A stretch of 64,000 nt of DNA from the NCBI GenBank assembly GCA_905331295.1, contig CAJNYD010000360.1, positions 62,001 to 126,000 on the forward strand. Direction: 5' to 3'. Below the pieces are notes generated by a model. That model saw nothing but the letters and a program-made list of their open reading frames with translations, was not told the DNA's origin and did no database searches. Below are positions 39,000 through 55,044 of this stretch, one piece after another. The translations under genes and the position numbers were made by a program. The DNA comes from Rotaria socialis. Taxonomy: Eukaryota. Positions within the stretch are counted from its first letter, which is position 1. Each line of letters starts with the position of its first letter.

Positions 39000-39501
39000 C
39001 ATCATCATCATTCGACTGCAAATAACCTGGGTTTGCAGGCGACAACAATCTTACGCCATTCTTCCCTATTGACAGCAGTCTTCCGGATTTCTTCGATGGT
39101 TGGTGGTGTGTCGTTGTTGATCAGTCTTGCGACGTAATCAGGATAGTTTAAGCGTGGGCGACCTCCGCACGTTGTAGGTGGATATTGTGATGGCCTTGTG
39201 ATGAATTTTTGTATTTTTTGTGTTTTTATTTTTGTTTGTGTTTGTTCGGGTCGTCGATGCTTTCTCAAAGACAGGTGCCTGCCTTATCATAGGCTCGGAT
39301 TTTTGTGAAATCCTCGCATGCATACGACGAGACGAAAGACTGTTGCCCGGAATGGGTTCTTCGATTATTGTTTTCGGAGTCATTGTGAAGGTCATCTCGG
39401 GTGACTAACCCTGAGATGCTTACCAGAGCCCATCTTGGCCGTCGTAAAACGACGTTTCCATCCGACACTGCGAGGAAGTGAAGGGTTGGGTTTTGTCGGA
39501 C
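39000..39501 (-). mobile_element. Internally deleted (bipartite) RTE-clade non-LTR retrotransposon, 502 bp
   Basis: 11-bp TSD AATGAAGTGTT (38989-38999 and 39502-39512) and a 3' (TGA)n tail. The 5' part encodes MTPKT...ITISTYNVR (start of an APE endonuclease) joined at ~39166 to the RTE-type C-terminus GGRPRLNYPDYV...NREEWRKIV...*. Confidence 0.85.
39429..39501 (-). ncRNA. HDV-like (delta) self-cleaving ribozyme at the 5' end of the RTE element
   Basis: Minus strand: P1 GTCCGAC / GTCGGAT (first pair G.U); P2 CCCTTC / GATGGG (one U-U mismatch); P3 ACT / AGT; L3 TCCTCGC; GG after P1' for P1.1; P4 CGTCGT-TTT-ACGACG; J4/2 G-C-CAA with the putative catalytic C at 39438. Confidence 0.8.
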
Positions 39502-40865
39502 AATGAAGTGTTATCAAACAAAATATCTTGAGAAGTATCAATTTTATAGTTAAACCAATCCAAATGTGTTATCTGTCTGTAACTTCAGTAAAAAGTCAAC
39601 GTGACTTTCTAATCAACTCTAAAAAGCTGTTGAGTTATCCACAAATCTAACACCGGTATCATTTTTAGAGAAAATATTTCATTGTGTAGCTATCTATTAT
39701 GCCAATGCAATAAATCAATGAAATAACTACAAGAAAATTATTATTACATAATATAAAATAGATCTAATGTTTTTCATTTGAAAATCAATTAAAGCAGATA
39801 TGGAATAATCAGAAATGGAATTCTCTATATAGAACCAGAGTCAGAGTTTTCTCAAGCGATTAATATTGTAGAGTTCAGTGAACTGTATCAAATGAAACAT
39901 ATTAAGCACAACTCACTCAGTTTAACTATTTAATATCATGAAGTGAACTTGACAATTACAAAGACTATCCTTCTAATAGAGTCACAAGTGAATGTATGGG
40001 TATTTCTTAAGTAATAATGATTAATTTTCTTGCCCGAGGAAATACACACCACTATTTTATTCGGTATGAAATCTCAAGGACAAGAATATTTCAAAGACCT
40101 TATTTGCACACCAGGGGTTTGTGATTATTGTACGGTATACAAGATTTCTATATTCTAAAAACATAGGCTGACTACCTTCCAGGGTTGAAAATTATTGCTC
40201 CAAAAGACAAAATCTGAATAAAACACCCTCCCAATTAAATCTTGAGAATACATACGAACTTTTAGATCCTTCGACTTTTCTAAAGGATATAATTGCAATT
40301 TTACTCTTCAATGGTAGTAGTAGAAAAACATGAAAATCAAAAAATGTTCGTCCTAGTGAAATCTTGTATTAATAATTTAGTTCTATAGAATAGTGTTTTT
40401 GTTGGAATAGATTCACATATCTAATTGTTTTTCGAAAATTACATTCTTCATCTTTTTCTATTCCATCATGTACCTTTCAATAAACATGATATTAATTCTC
40501 AATCTTGCAAATACAATTATTTTTATCTTTTCATTTAATATTCTTCTCATTTCTCTTAAAACATGTGTTTAATTCAATAGCTCAAACGATTGCTGAGGAA
40601 ATACGAAGTTCAACTTGCACGTAGGCTGTTTTTGCTCTCTTGAGTCAAACGTTCAATCAATCTGAATGATCAATTCATAAATAAGATAGTGAATATATAT
40701 ATATATATAAGATAGGAAGTAGAACAAGACTAAGACATGAAAACTATGAACATAGATGACACACACATAAAACTCATACAAGTGAATAGAAGAAAAGGGC
40801 AAAGTTTAGAACGTCGACATAGATGGATTGTAGATCAATGACATTTAGAAGTATTTGTTTCCTAT

Positions 40866-43800
40866 CTATCGACGATAAGATGATGGTGATTGAAAGAGAC
40901 GAAATAAATGTCGCTGTGGTGGTGATGAAACAAATGAATCTAAAAAAGAAAGATATGTTGATTATTTTTCTCATTTATATAATTCTAACTCTTTTCTTAC
41001 TCGGTGGTAATTGATTGAATGATTGAGCATATTGTTGATCAGCAACAGTTGAATCTTGATCGTATGGTGATGCATGTATATTATTTGACATTAAACGTTG
41101 TTTATGTTTTAAACGACGGCTTCCTTTAATCGTGGATGATGGTGAAAACATTGGATAAGTCGTTGGTGTTTCTTGATATGTATTATATCTTTTAGTAACA
41201 AAAGTTATAAATACCAATAAAAATTATTATTTTTTTAATAGTATTTCTTACCTTAAATCATTTGATGGTATACGTGGATAATAATCTTGATAACGATAAT
41301 CACTAGAAATAAATGGATGAGTTGGTATTGTTTCTGATTGAGTATTCTGATTTATTTTATACCTCGTTGGACGTATGAATGATGGACTTTCTACTCGATC
41401 GCACACTTTAGTTTCTTGATTCCAATGTAAACCAGGTGCACATGGTCGAACATGAAGTAAATCACCATCACATTGTAGAAAAGCACGAGAATTAAATGCA
41501 AATGGATAAAATCGTTCTTGATTATTAAATACACCCATACATGGATTTGGTACAGTATCTAAATGTAAAAAAAAGGAAAAATGTGTTTGTTGCTTTTTAA
41601 GTTGCAAAAATGAATTTAATAGACGTACTATGTGTACAAGTTAAACCATAAGATTGTTGTTTGTCACAAATGCAAATATAATCTTGTTTATAATCACTTG
41701 TTACTAATGTGTGACATTGATTACCTTCACCACATGGATTAGATGCACATGATGATACGGGTATTTCACAACGTTCACCTGTCCATAGTCCCTGGCATGT
41801 ACATGTAAATGTTGTTGGACTTGTTGAATGACATTCACCATTATTCATACATGGTTGTTCTTGTTCACAAATTGATTTAATGTTGATTTTTTCACATTTA
41901 TCATCATCTGCATTATAAATAAAACTTGTCGGACAGTTCATTATTTCATATTTATTTTCATTTAAACATGAAATATATTTTGTTGGATCTGTTGGATGTC
42001 GAACATTGACATTTATAGATTTACCAATACAAGGTGAGGCTAAAATTAATTTATTTTAAATTAAAAAAAAACGCACATAAATAGTTCAATGATAGCATAC
42101 CACCGTCGTTTTCTACAGAAAGTAATGTATTTTCATCGTCATCTGAAACGACTTGACGTTTTTTACGACTATTATCTTGCTCATCACTGTCATTATCAGA
42201 TTTTGAGTTATCATTCCTATGAAAAGAGAAATAAAGAAAGATAATTTTACTTTTCAAGGAACAAAACTAATTTACGAACTTGTTATTCGGTGATGCTTTT
42301 GACGTATTGGAATCATCTTCATCTTTATCTTCATCTTCATCTTCATCTTCATCTTCATTGGAACTATAAAGGGTTAAAATAAAATAGAATCAATTAAAAA
42401 TATCATAGAACTTACGAATTTGGTTTTTCATCCTCATCTTCATCATTATCATCGTTATTGTTAGTAGAGCCCTGTTTCTTACTACTTTGACTGATATGAG
42501 TAAGACAAAATTGCAGTAAGAAATGAAATACTTTTCGATTCGATAAAGTTACTTACGATCCTTTTATTTTACCATAAATACCAATAGGTGGAAATTGTCC
42601 AGGAAAGCCACCATACAAGTTTGTAGCCCATGAGGAACCACCAGGAGCACCGTGCAGAGGAGGAAAACCAATATTGCCGCTAAAAAAATAAGATCATCCG
42701 TAGTTTTTGCTAGAATTGTTTTATATCATCTTGTAGAATTAAAATAATTAATATGCACTTTACTAATGAAGCATTTTATTTAGACCATAAACTTACTTAT
42801 AATGTAATCTGTCCATCAATTCTGATGTACTAAAAATTATTTCGGGTCCTTTGGCAGACACTGATTGTCCGCCAGTCGATGATCCATCGGAAGATACTTG
42901 AGGTTGATCGAAAGGTCCAAATGATGAATCACTGAAAATAGGTGGTGGGCCAGGAACTATGAAGAAATGAAATAAAAAATAAGATGAGAAACCATTAAGA
43001 AGATAAGTTACTGAATGTAGCTGGTATTTTCATAGGAAGAGGTGGAAGCAATGGTCCACCAAGTGGTATTGGAAGAGATGGAAGAATGGGAGGTATGAAT
43101 GGTGGTAGCTTTGGTGTTTGAGGTGGTTGCCATATTGGTGGATATATTGACGGATACATTATCTGTTGTGGAAACGTTGGCTGAGGCATTACTGGTGATC
43201 GAACCATTGGATAATTCATTGGTGATGATGGCCACATGTATGGTGAATAATAATTTGGCATGACTGGCGGCGATACAATTGGCTTATTCAGTGGTGGTAA
43301 TCGTGTATAAATTGGTGGAGGCATTGGTGGTGGTAGTGGTGGTGATAAAACTTGTTGAGGTACTGTTTGTTGGAGTGGTGGCGAAAAAATCGATCGTGAC
43401 ATATCGTGCGACAACGTTGGGTACCTATTAAAATTATAGGACAGAAATGTATGCATATGTACATATATTATGTTGTATAGTGTAGGACATACTGTATTGG
43501 GCCGAATGGATAAATCATTGTAGGAGCAGATTGTGGACTAAATTGAGTAAGTATATAGGTATAGATATATTTAAATAAACGAATTATAAATAGCATACGC
43601 AGCTGGTGGTGAGGCATAAGGACCTGCAATTCCGATTGGACCTGAGAAACCTGGTAATGGAGTATAACCTGGAGCCGGTGGGCCTAATTAAAAAAATACA
43701 AGTTGAAGATAAAATCTGATGTGACAAACGAGCACAAAACAAATTACTTACCTAAGGGTACGTTTAATCTCTTGAAATTTGGAAATGGATTATTTTCTTT

Positions 43801-46511
43801 TGCTATTTTTTTTAGTTGATTAAGTGAACGTTTTTCTCGTCGAGATGAATGATATGATGGACTCTTAGGATTGTTGTTACTGTTAGACAAATCATCAGAA
43901 TTATTATCATCAACTGGATCGGGAACTGTCGACCAATCACAAACATTTATGAGTGCATTCCAAACAAGATCACCCGGGCATGGTTTAACAAACATGAGTC
44001 CAAATGCACATTGAATGTAACATTGTGGATAACCAGGTATTGGATAAAGTTGTGGACCATTTATTGTGCATGGATTTTTTGTTTGTGCTTAAATAGAAAG
44101 TAGGAGAAACTCATTACAAATTTCAATGATTCAAATTATCTTACGTGGCCCACATTTAGATAGATCAAGTTTTTCTGGATAATAGTAAAGATATTCGACA
44201 GTTGATTGAAGGCCATAAGGTATACCAGTTTGTTCAAATCGGCCAGAAGCAACGTAACTGTTACTTGATGATATTTGACCAGTATTTCTGCTATTGTTAA
44301 TATTTGATGATGCAGCCACACCAGCAGCATTACTATTGCTACCGAATGATGATAATATACCAGCAGTATTCTTGATGCGACCAGATGATGAGGAGACACC
44401 AGCAGCATTATTGTTGCTACCAAACGATGAAGAGATACCAGCAACATTACCGGACGATGATGAGACACCAGCGACATTACCGGACGATGATAAGACACCA
44501 GCGACATTATTGTTATTACCATAAGATGATGTGCCAGCAACATTATTATTGCTACCAAACGATGATGAGACACCAGCAACATTACCGGACAATGATGAGA
44601 GACCAGCAGCATTATTATTATTACCATATGATGTAGCAGCAGCATTATTGTTGCTACCAAACGATGAAGAGATACCAGCAACATTACCGGACGATNTACC
44701 GGACGATGATAAGACACCAGCGACATTATTGTTATTACCATAAGATGATGTGCCAGCAGCATTATTGTTGCTACCAAACGATGAAGAGATACCAACAACA
44801 TTACCGGGCAATGATGAGACACCAGCAGCATTACTATTGCTACCAAACGATGAAGAGATACCAGCAGCATTATTATTATTGCCATAAGATGATGTGCCAG
44901 CAAATTCGATAGTTTTAGCTTCAGATGATTCAACAGCAGAGTTGCCAATCTTACCAGCTGGTGATGAATCGGCAGATGCTATGATATTACTACCGAATGA
45001 TCCAGCAACATAGTTATTATTATTACCAGACGATGACAAGCCTCCGATTGTCCATTGTTGATTATATGTGCCATCTTGATTTAAATTTGACAATTCGGAT
45101 ACAGTTGAGATTATTTTTGGTACTGGAGTAGGTTTAATGTTTGTAGCAGAACTTTGCAAGAAAAACAAGACTATTTATCAACGAGAAACAAACAAAGCAA
45201 AATTACATACAAATCCGAACTTGCACTTGAACTCATGCCTCCATAAGACGCATCACTATTAACGTGCTTTTGTGCAGCATTGTTAGTAGAACTACTTTGG
45301 ATTACTGATGATTGCGCTGAAGAATTATCAGAATAATCAATTGAAACAAATGGTTGTGGTATTTTTTCATTTTCTGATGCACTTCGATATCTATCTTGCG
45401 TATCATTGGTAGAACGACTTGTTTCAGCAATTCCTAGATAATTAAATATATATATATATATAAAACTATTCATTAACTGTTCAACAAGAACTACTTGGAC
45501 AAAATTCTGATTTTTCTGGAAGTAGATCACAATCAATAGTTGAAATATAAGAATCACGACATCGACTTTGTATATCTATGACAGAAATGAATTTGTTAAA
45601 TTCTTATGTATGAAAATAAATATTCTTACCTCTACAGAATTTAGCGCATGGCAGTATACGTTCTTTACTACATGATGGAAAAAATAATGGACATAAAAAT
45701 TTTGGCATCTGTCGAAAACATCCAGAATTCAAGAGTGGTCTAAATAGCGTGAACAACTCATTTGTTTCTTGTTTTGTTGTATGACCAAAAAAGTTTGGTA
45801 ACGAGAATGTTGTTTGAGGTAATGCCGAACAATGTAAAGAAAATAATGGATAAAGTGGATCCATTATACTATAGCATGAATTATCTTTACCACCACGATT
45901 TGGAGCAGGTACAGATATCAACGAATCAATTTCTTCTGCAGCACCGCTGACAAATCAAATAACAAAAAATTAGATTCATTTTGTTTTTGAAGTAGATTAA
46001 AACTTACGCGCTATCAGCACCATTTGTTTCAACTCTTGTCTGTTGGTTATACGTCGGTTGAACCATTTGTGAACCACTATTAAATTGTCCATAATCAACC
46101 CCATATTGTAGTACATTAGCTGGTTGTCCGTATCGTCCATAAGGCCAATTAGCTGAAGCACCAGGCCAATTAGCTGAAGCACCAGGCCAATTAGCTGAAG
46201 CACCAAGCCAATTAGCTGAAGCACTAGGCCAATTAGCTGCAGCGCCAGGCCAATTATTACTATAAGGTTGTCCCTGGACATTTGAACCCCATTGGATAGC
46301 TAACACAATAAACAAATAGGAAAATGTATAAATTTGATTTTCACCATAAAGTATATAGTTAGTGCCTACGGTTATTATTATATTGTGCAGCAGCACTAAT
46401 CGCCAATAGAAGACATACTAGCAGTTTCAAATGAATCTATATTATGAATATGATTTTAGAATTTTTAAATTAAAACAAACTAAAATAATAAAATTATACC
46501 TGCTTCATCAT
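40866..46511 (-). CDS. Large secreted mosaic protein: NWPGASA repeats, Frizzled CRD, Ser/Gly/Asn repeats, three chitin-binding type-2 (CBM14) domains, Pro-rich and acidic tracts, two EGF domains
   Basis: Signal peptide MMKQIHLKLLVCLLLAISAAA. Ten-Cys CRD (CYSI...HCSALP...LPNFFGH...CFRQMPKFLCPLFFPSC...PCAKFCRDIQSRC...DCDLLP...FC) at ~45500-45900. CBM14 at ~43930-44075, ~41895-42035 and ~41390-41545. EGFs at ~41635-41870. Single-gene model from in-frame splice junctions. Confidence 0.7.
44300..44900 (-). repeat. Coding tandem repeat array (AGVSSSSGNV / AGISSSFGSNNNA / AGTSSYGNNNNV units)
   Basis: Interleaved 30-, 36- and 39-bp units. The single N at 44696 suggests a collapsed or gapped array. 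Confidence 0.9.
46143..46256 (-). repeat. 21-bp coding tandem repeat (NWPGASA, about 5-6 copies)
   Basis: ggccaattagctgaagcacca repeated on the + strand. Confidence 0.9.
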
Positions 46512-47518
46512 GTTCAATCGAAGTCAAGCGTCGACGTCGATGATACTTATAAAAATGACGGCAAATAAATCGTATTCTCTCTCTCTCGTATTCTCTTGTT
46601 TCTTACTAATGCGCTTGTTTACGTCCGATATAGATCATATCAGTGTGTTAAATGAAGTTGAACAAAGACAATAACTGGACTTTTCTAGATTCCAAATGAT
46701 GGCGGGGGACGGAATGATGATATCACTCATTGTTTCTTTATCATTCACTAGAATTAGTAAAATTGACCTCGATTGCCTTTCTTTGCTACATCTTAACATG
46801 ACGATTTAAATATATAGACATGTAGAAAAAGTGTACGAAACAAATATGTCGTCGAGTAGAAGAAAAGAAGTAAAATATGTTCGCTTTCGAATTGAATAGC
46901 CCGTCTATGAAAAGACGAAGAGAATGTTTCTAATACACATTTATCTAATTTCTGTTCAGATAAAATACACTTTCTTGTTATCTAGTTCGAGGTGATTCTG
47001 ACGTCACTTTTATTTTCAACAATAATACTAGTGCAGTCATGCTTACGTATATCACACGATACGTGTTTTCTAGTATAATAGTCTACATCTCAAAAGATTC
47101 TTTGTATTGTTCCTATGGAAAAGTAGCGAATAGATTTCTAAGCAATGAAATTGGAATTAAATAAATACAGAAAAATATCATTTTAGTATTAAATAAAATT
47201 AACAGTAAATGCTAAATAAATATTGAAAAATAGCAAAAGTAAAAAATTTTACAAGTTAATTCTGATAATCTTTCTAGAAAAGGACGGAATACTAATGAAT
47301 AATCAAATATTTGTCATGGAACATCGTTATATACGTCACTTTTCTGAGTCAGAAAATAATGAAAAACAAAGGTTTCCTTTTGTTTTTCTTGTCCGAGAGA
47401 AATTCGATCTTAAAAATGCCCACATTTTATGAAATATATAAACCTTACTATAAAAATACCATCAGCATTACGAAGTAAAACGCTATATTTTAAAATCCAT
47501 TATTTTCTGACGAAAAAT

Positions 47519-48605
47519 ATGTCACTGATTTTGTAAGTGATTTTTATTCAAATCAAGAGTTTTACTTTTTCTTAATCTTCTTTCTATTTTTTCGAAAAAA
47601 TTTAAAGATCTCAGTTGCTAATTATTAGTTGCAGTTTGTTAATTACTTTTACTACAGGACTAAGTAAGTATGATACAACAATTAAAATATAAAATATAAT
47701 CAATTTTTCTTATTGAAAAGGAGTGAATCATAGTAGTCCTATAGCTTCAAGAGCATGTCCATGTTACAATCAAGGTCTTTGTGATTCAAGTACAGGCTCG
47801 TGTGTTTGCCCATCAGGCTATGTTGGTCAACAATGTGAAAGATTAGAATGTACGATTGAAAATATTATTACTTTTTTCATTATCGTATTTCTATTGTTTG
47901 TCAAATTTAGCAACTACCTTATGTAACAATGTTGTGTGTAAAAATTCTGGCGTTTGTAATATAATTTCACCAACTGTTTCAACTTGTTGGTGTTTGTTAG
48001 GTAGATTACAAAAAAAAACAAGATGATGCCACAGGAATATAGAGATTATTTATGAGGTAAATTTATTTGTAGGTTTTCATGGAGCCTATTGCGAACGGCA
48101 AAGCGGTACAATAATATATTGTAAACTTTTATAAATATCTATAATTGTTTTCATGTATATTAGCTGGTTCACGTTGCGCTGGCACTCAATGTCGAAATGG
48201 TGGCATCTGTTATGAGCATTCACCTGCATCAAGTGTTTTTTCCTATTGCGCATGCCCACCAGGATTTACTGGCAGATTTTGTGAAACACGTTATTATCAC
48301 TGAAATACGTGGAAAGAATTTTCTTTTTATTTACATATTTTCTTTGTTTTTTTTAGAATATTTTCGTTGTTCACAATCAGGTTTATTTGTTGATCAATAT
48401 CAATGTGCTCAAGGTTCATATTTTCTTTGCGATTCTAACAGTAAAAACAAAACGATGCAATATTGTTTATATGTATAGATTTAATTTTAATTTTGTTTAT
48501 TGTTTAGATAATCTCATTCAAGGTACATGTGCCAAAGGACTTCGATTTAATATCAATAAAATGTCTTGTGATCGTGCCAGTTCTGTTATTTGTGCTAATG
48601 TCTAA
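47519..48605 (+). CDS. Small secreted protein with 3 EGF domains and a C-terminal CBM14-like domain
   Basis: Signal peptide MSLILSQLLIISCSLLITFTTG; CPCYNQGLC...CPSGYVGQQCE; CKNSGVC...GFHGAYCE; CRNGGIC...CPPGFTGRFCE; CSQSGLFVDQYQCAQGSYFLC...CAKGLRFNINKMSCD...C; TAA ends at 48605. Confidence 0.85.
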
Positions 48606-48868
48606 AATAAAATAAAAAGAAGAACGTTTTAAAAAAAATGATATAAACAGGATTAAAATATCATCGTTGAAAGTATATTGTCATCATCCTTGATAGTCTG
48701 AAATTCCAAATCGTTGTTGAAGGTGATATTTGTGTGTTGTTATATTTAAATTGACAAGGAAAGAATATATTTGTTCATTTTGTCTACTATGATGTTATTG
48801 AAAAGAAATTTGTTCAACCTTGAATGATCATATCATATTTACGTAGGCGGAATGCAATAATAAAAAAT

Positions 48869-50448
48869 ATGATGAATAATTTTCATCGGTTAAATTCAGA
48901 AGGTAAAATTCGTAAGACATATCATTTTGAAAAATTAATCGAAACGCAATGTCATCGAATATTTTTAATTATCAATTAATATGCATATTTATTATCTTAA
49001 TGATCTGTCCATATATTCATGGAAGTATGTAGTAGATAGAAAAACAAATAGAAAAACAACAATTTCTATTTTATATTCAGAATGTTCATTGGATTGTGGA
49101 AAGAATGGTCGATGTGTTAAAACACAAATATCAACTATGCCTGAAATTTGTATATGTCATAATGAAACTTACACGAATACATCATGTACTGAAGTAACCT
49201 TAGACAGTGAAGAAGATGCTGATATTAAAATTATTAATATTCATGGTCCGTTACTCAAAGTTGAGTGATATATTAGCGAATTATTTATTTTATTTTTAAT
49301 CGTAGCACGTCGGCTTGTTGCTGTGTGTGAACATTCATATTGTGGTGATGTTGGTGTTTGTATTGTCATTGATTCAACTTTTGGATGCATTTGTCCTGAT
49401 GGTAATATTGCAGATAGATGTAGGTCAAATTCAATTATACCTCTCGGTAGGTGAATACAGAAGAAAAAGGCTAAAATATAAAGATTGTTATACTTAAGCG
49501 TCATTCTGTTCAACTGGATGTTTAAATGAGGGCGTATGTAATCCAATCATTGGTACATGTACATGTCCAAGTGGCTTTACTGGTACACGATGTGAATTAG
49601 CACGAAGTAAAACAAAATTTTAGAAACAATAGAAAAAAAATTTCTTGTTTCTCTGCTAGGTACTGATCTTTGTCGGGATATTACATGTCGTAATAGTGGC
49701 GTGTGAGTTTCAGAATTGATGCTGATTAATATCATTTCTAATTCATTTTTTTAATCACATATAGTTGTAATATAATAAGTCCAATCTATGCTACATGTTG
49801 GTGGTATGTATTTCTTTATTGAATACCTTTGATATTTCAATGTATTTCTATTTGAATAGTTTATTGGGTTTTCATGGTGATTATTGTGAACGACGATCAG
49901 GTATGTTTCTTAATTTATGTTAACCTATTAAGATAAGAGAAGACTGAATTTATACATGATTAAAGTTGCACCAAGATGTTTATCGAGTAAATGTTATAAT
50001 GGTGGAACATGCTACGAACATTCGCCAGCATCATCCATATTTGCTTACTGCTTATGCAGGTGAGTCTATTAGGTTTTTTCTGAATGATTTGGTTTTTTTC
50101 ATTCACTTAATTATTACTTATTTAGACCTGGTTTTGTAGGTCTTCGATGTGAAACTGGTAAGAAAATTTTATAGAGTATGTTTAATTAATTTTTTGTTGC
50201 TAATTTCATTAGAATATTTTCGATGTCCAAATAATGGCTTTTATGCTGATGCTTATGGTTGTGCACAAGGCAAATATTTTGAATGTGTTGAACAAAGTAT
50301 GCTATTGATTCTAATAATGAACTTATTTATTTAACTTTTTTCTATTCCAGCAATTACCATTTCGCGTTCATGTCCACGAGGTCTTCGTTACAATTTCTTT
50401 CTTGGTCGTTGTGATTATGCTGTTAATGTAGCTTGTCCTATTTTATAA
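48869..50448 (+). CDS. Tandem paralogue: multi-EGF plus C-terminal CBM14-like protein (start uncertain)
   Basis: EGF-like exons from 49081. The C-terminal part parallels the upstream gene ([55 protein letters not shown]); TAA ends at 50448. No clear signal-peptide exon found. Confidence 0.75.
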
Positions 50449-50774
50449 ACTAAAAGACATTTGCGTTATACTTTGATTGTTTCTCATTCTTTTTTTCTTT
50501 CATTTAAATTAAAAAATTTTATTGCTTAACTACGTGTATTTACAATCGATATATATAGCATTTTCCCCATCACACAAAGTGAAAAGATAAAATCATGAAT
50601 TCAATGGATAAGTACAATAGGTTACGTTTACAATAGAGAGTATACATATATATATATATGTGTATGTATGTATATATATATATATAAATAGGAAAAGAAA
50701 ACTTAAAACGAAAAAGAAATAAAAACAGACTCGAACTCAAATAAAACTAGCTGTTCAAGATTATATTTTTTTTT

Positions 50775-54703
<3,929 letters not shown>

Positions 54704-55044
54704 AGATTAAGAAGCGATGAAATGTACAATGTTCTTAATCTTTGACTAGCAACATAAACTAATTTAGCAAATAATAGTTTAAGATTCTAAAAAGAAAAAT
54801 ATCTACGTAACCATGATAAAAAAAAGCAAATTGCTCTTTTCAAGCAAAGTATGAACGTAGAACACATGATCAGAGAAAACCTGGATCATCAAAAATATTT
54901 CTTTCTCCACTGTGGAATTGATCAACCTAAAGAGGGTGCTCGATGTCTCAACCTCAATGATTGGATAATCGGTAAAAAAATCTATTTAGCGAATTTTCCT
55001 TCGGAATATTTTTAGCTATTCAAACCCTAAAACTATTCTTAAGC
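54704..55044. promoter_or_regulatory. Putative bidirectional promoter between CLPX and ZFR
   Basis: Divergent start codons separated by 341 bp; no specific motif identified. Confidence 0.5.

Noticed and set aside
44136..44948. Several overlapping ORFs on both strands
   Set aside because: By-products of a coding tandem repeat with few stops; only the Ser/Gly/Asn frame fits the spliced gene.
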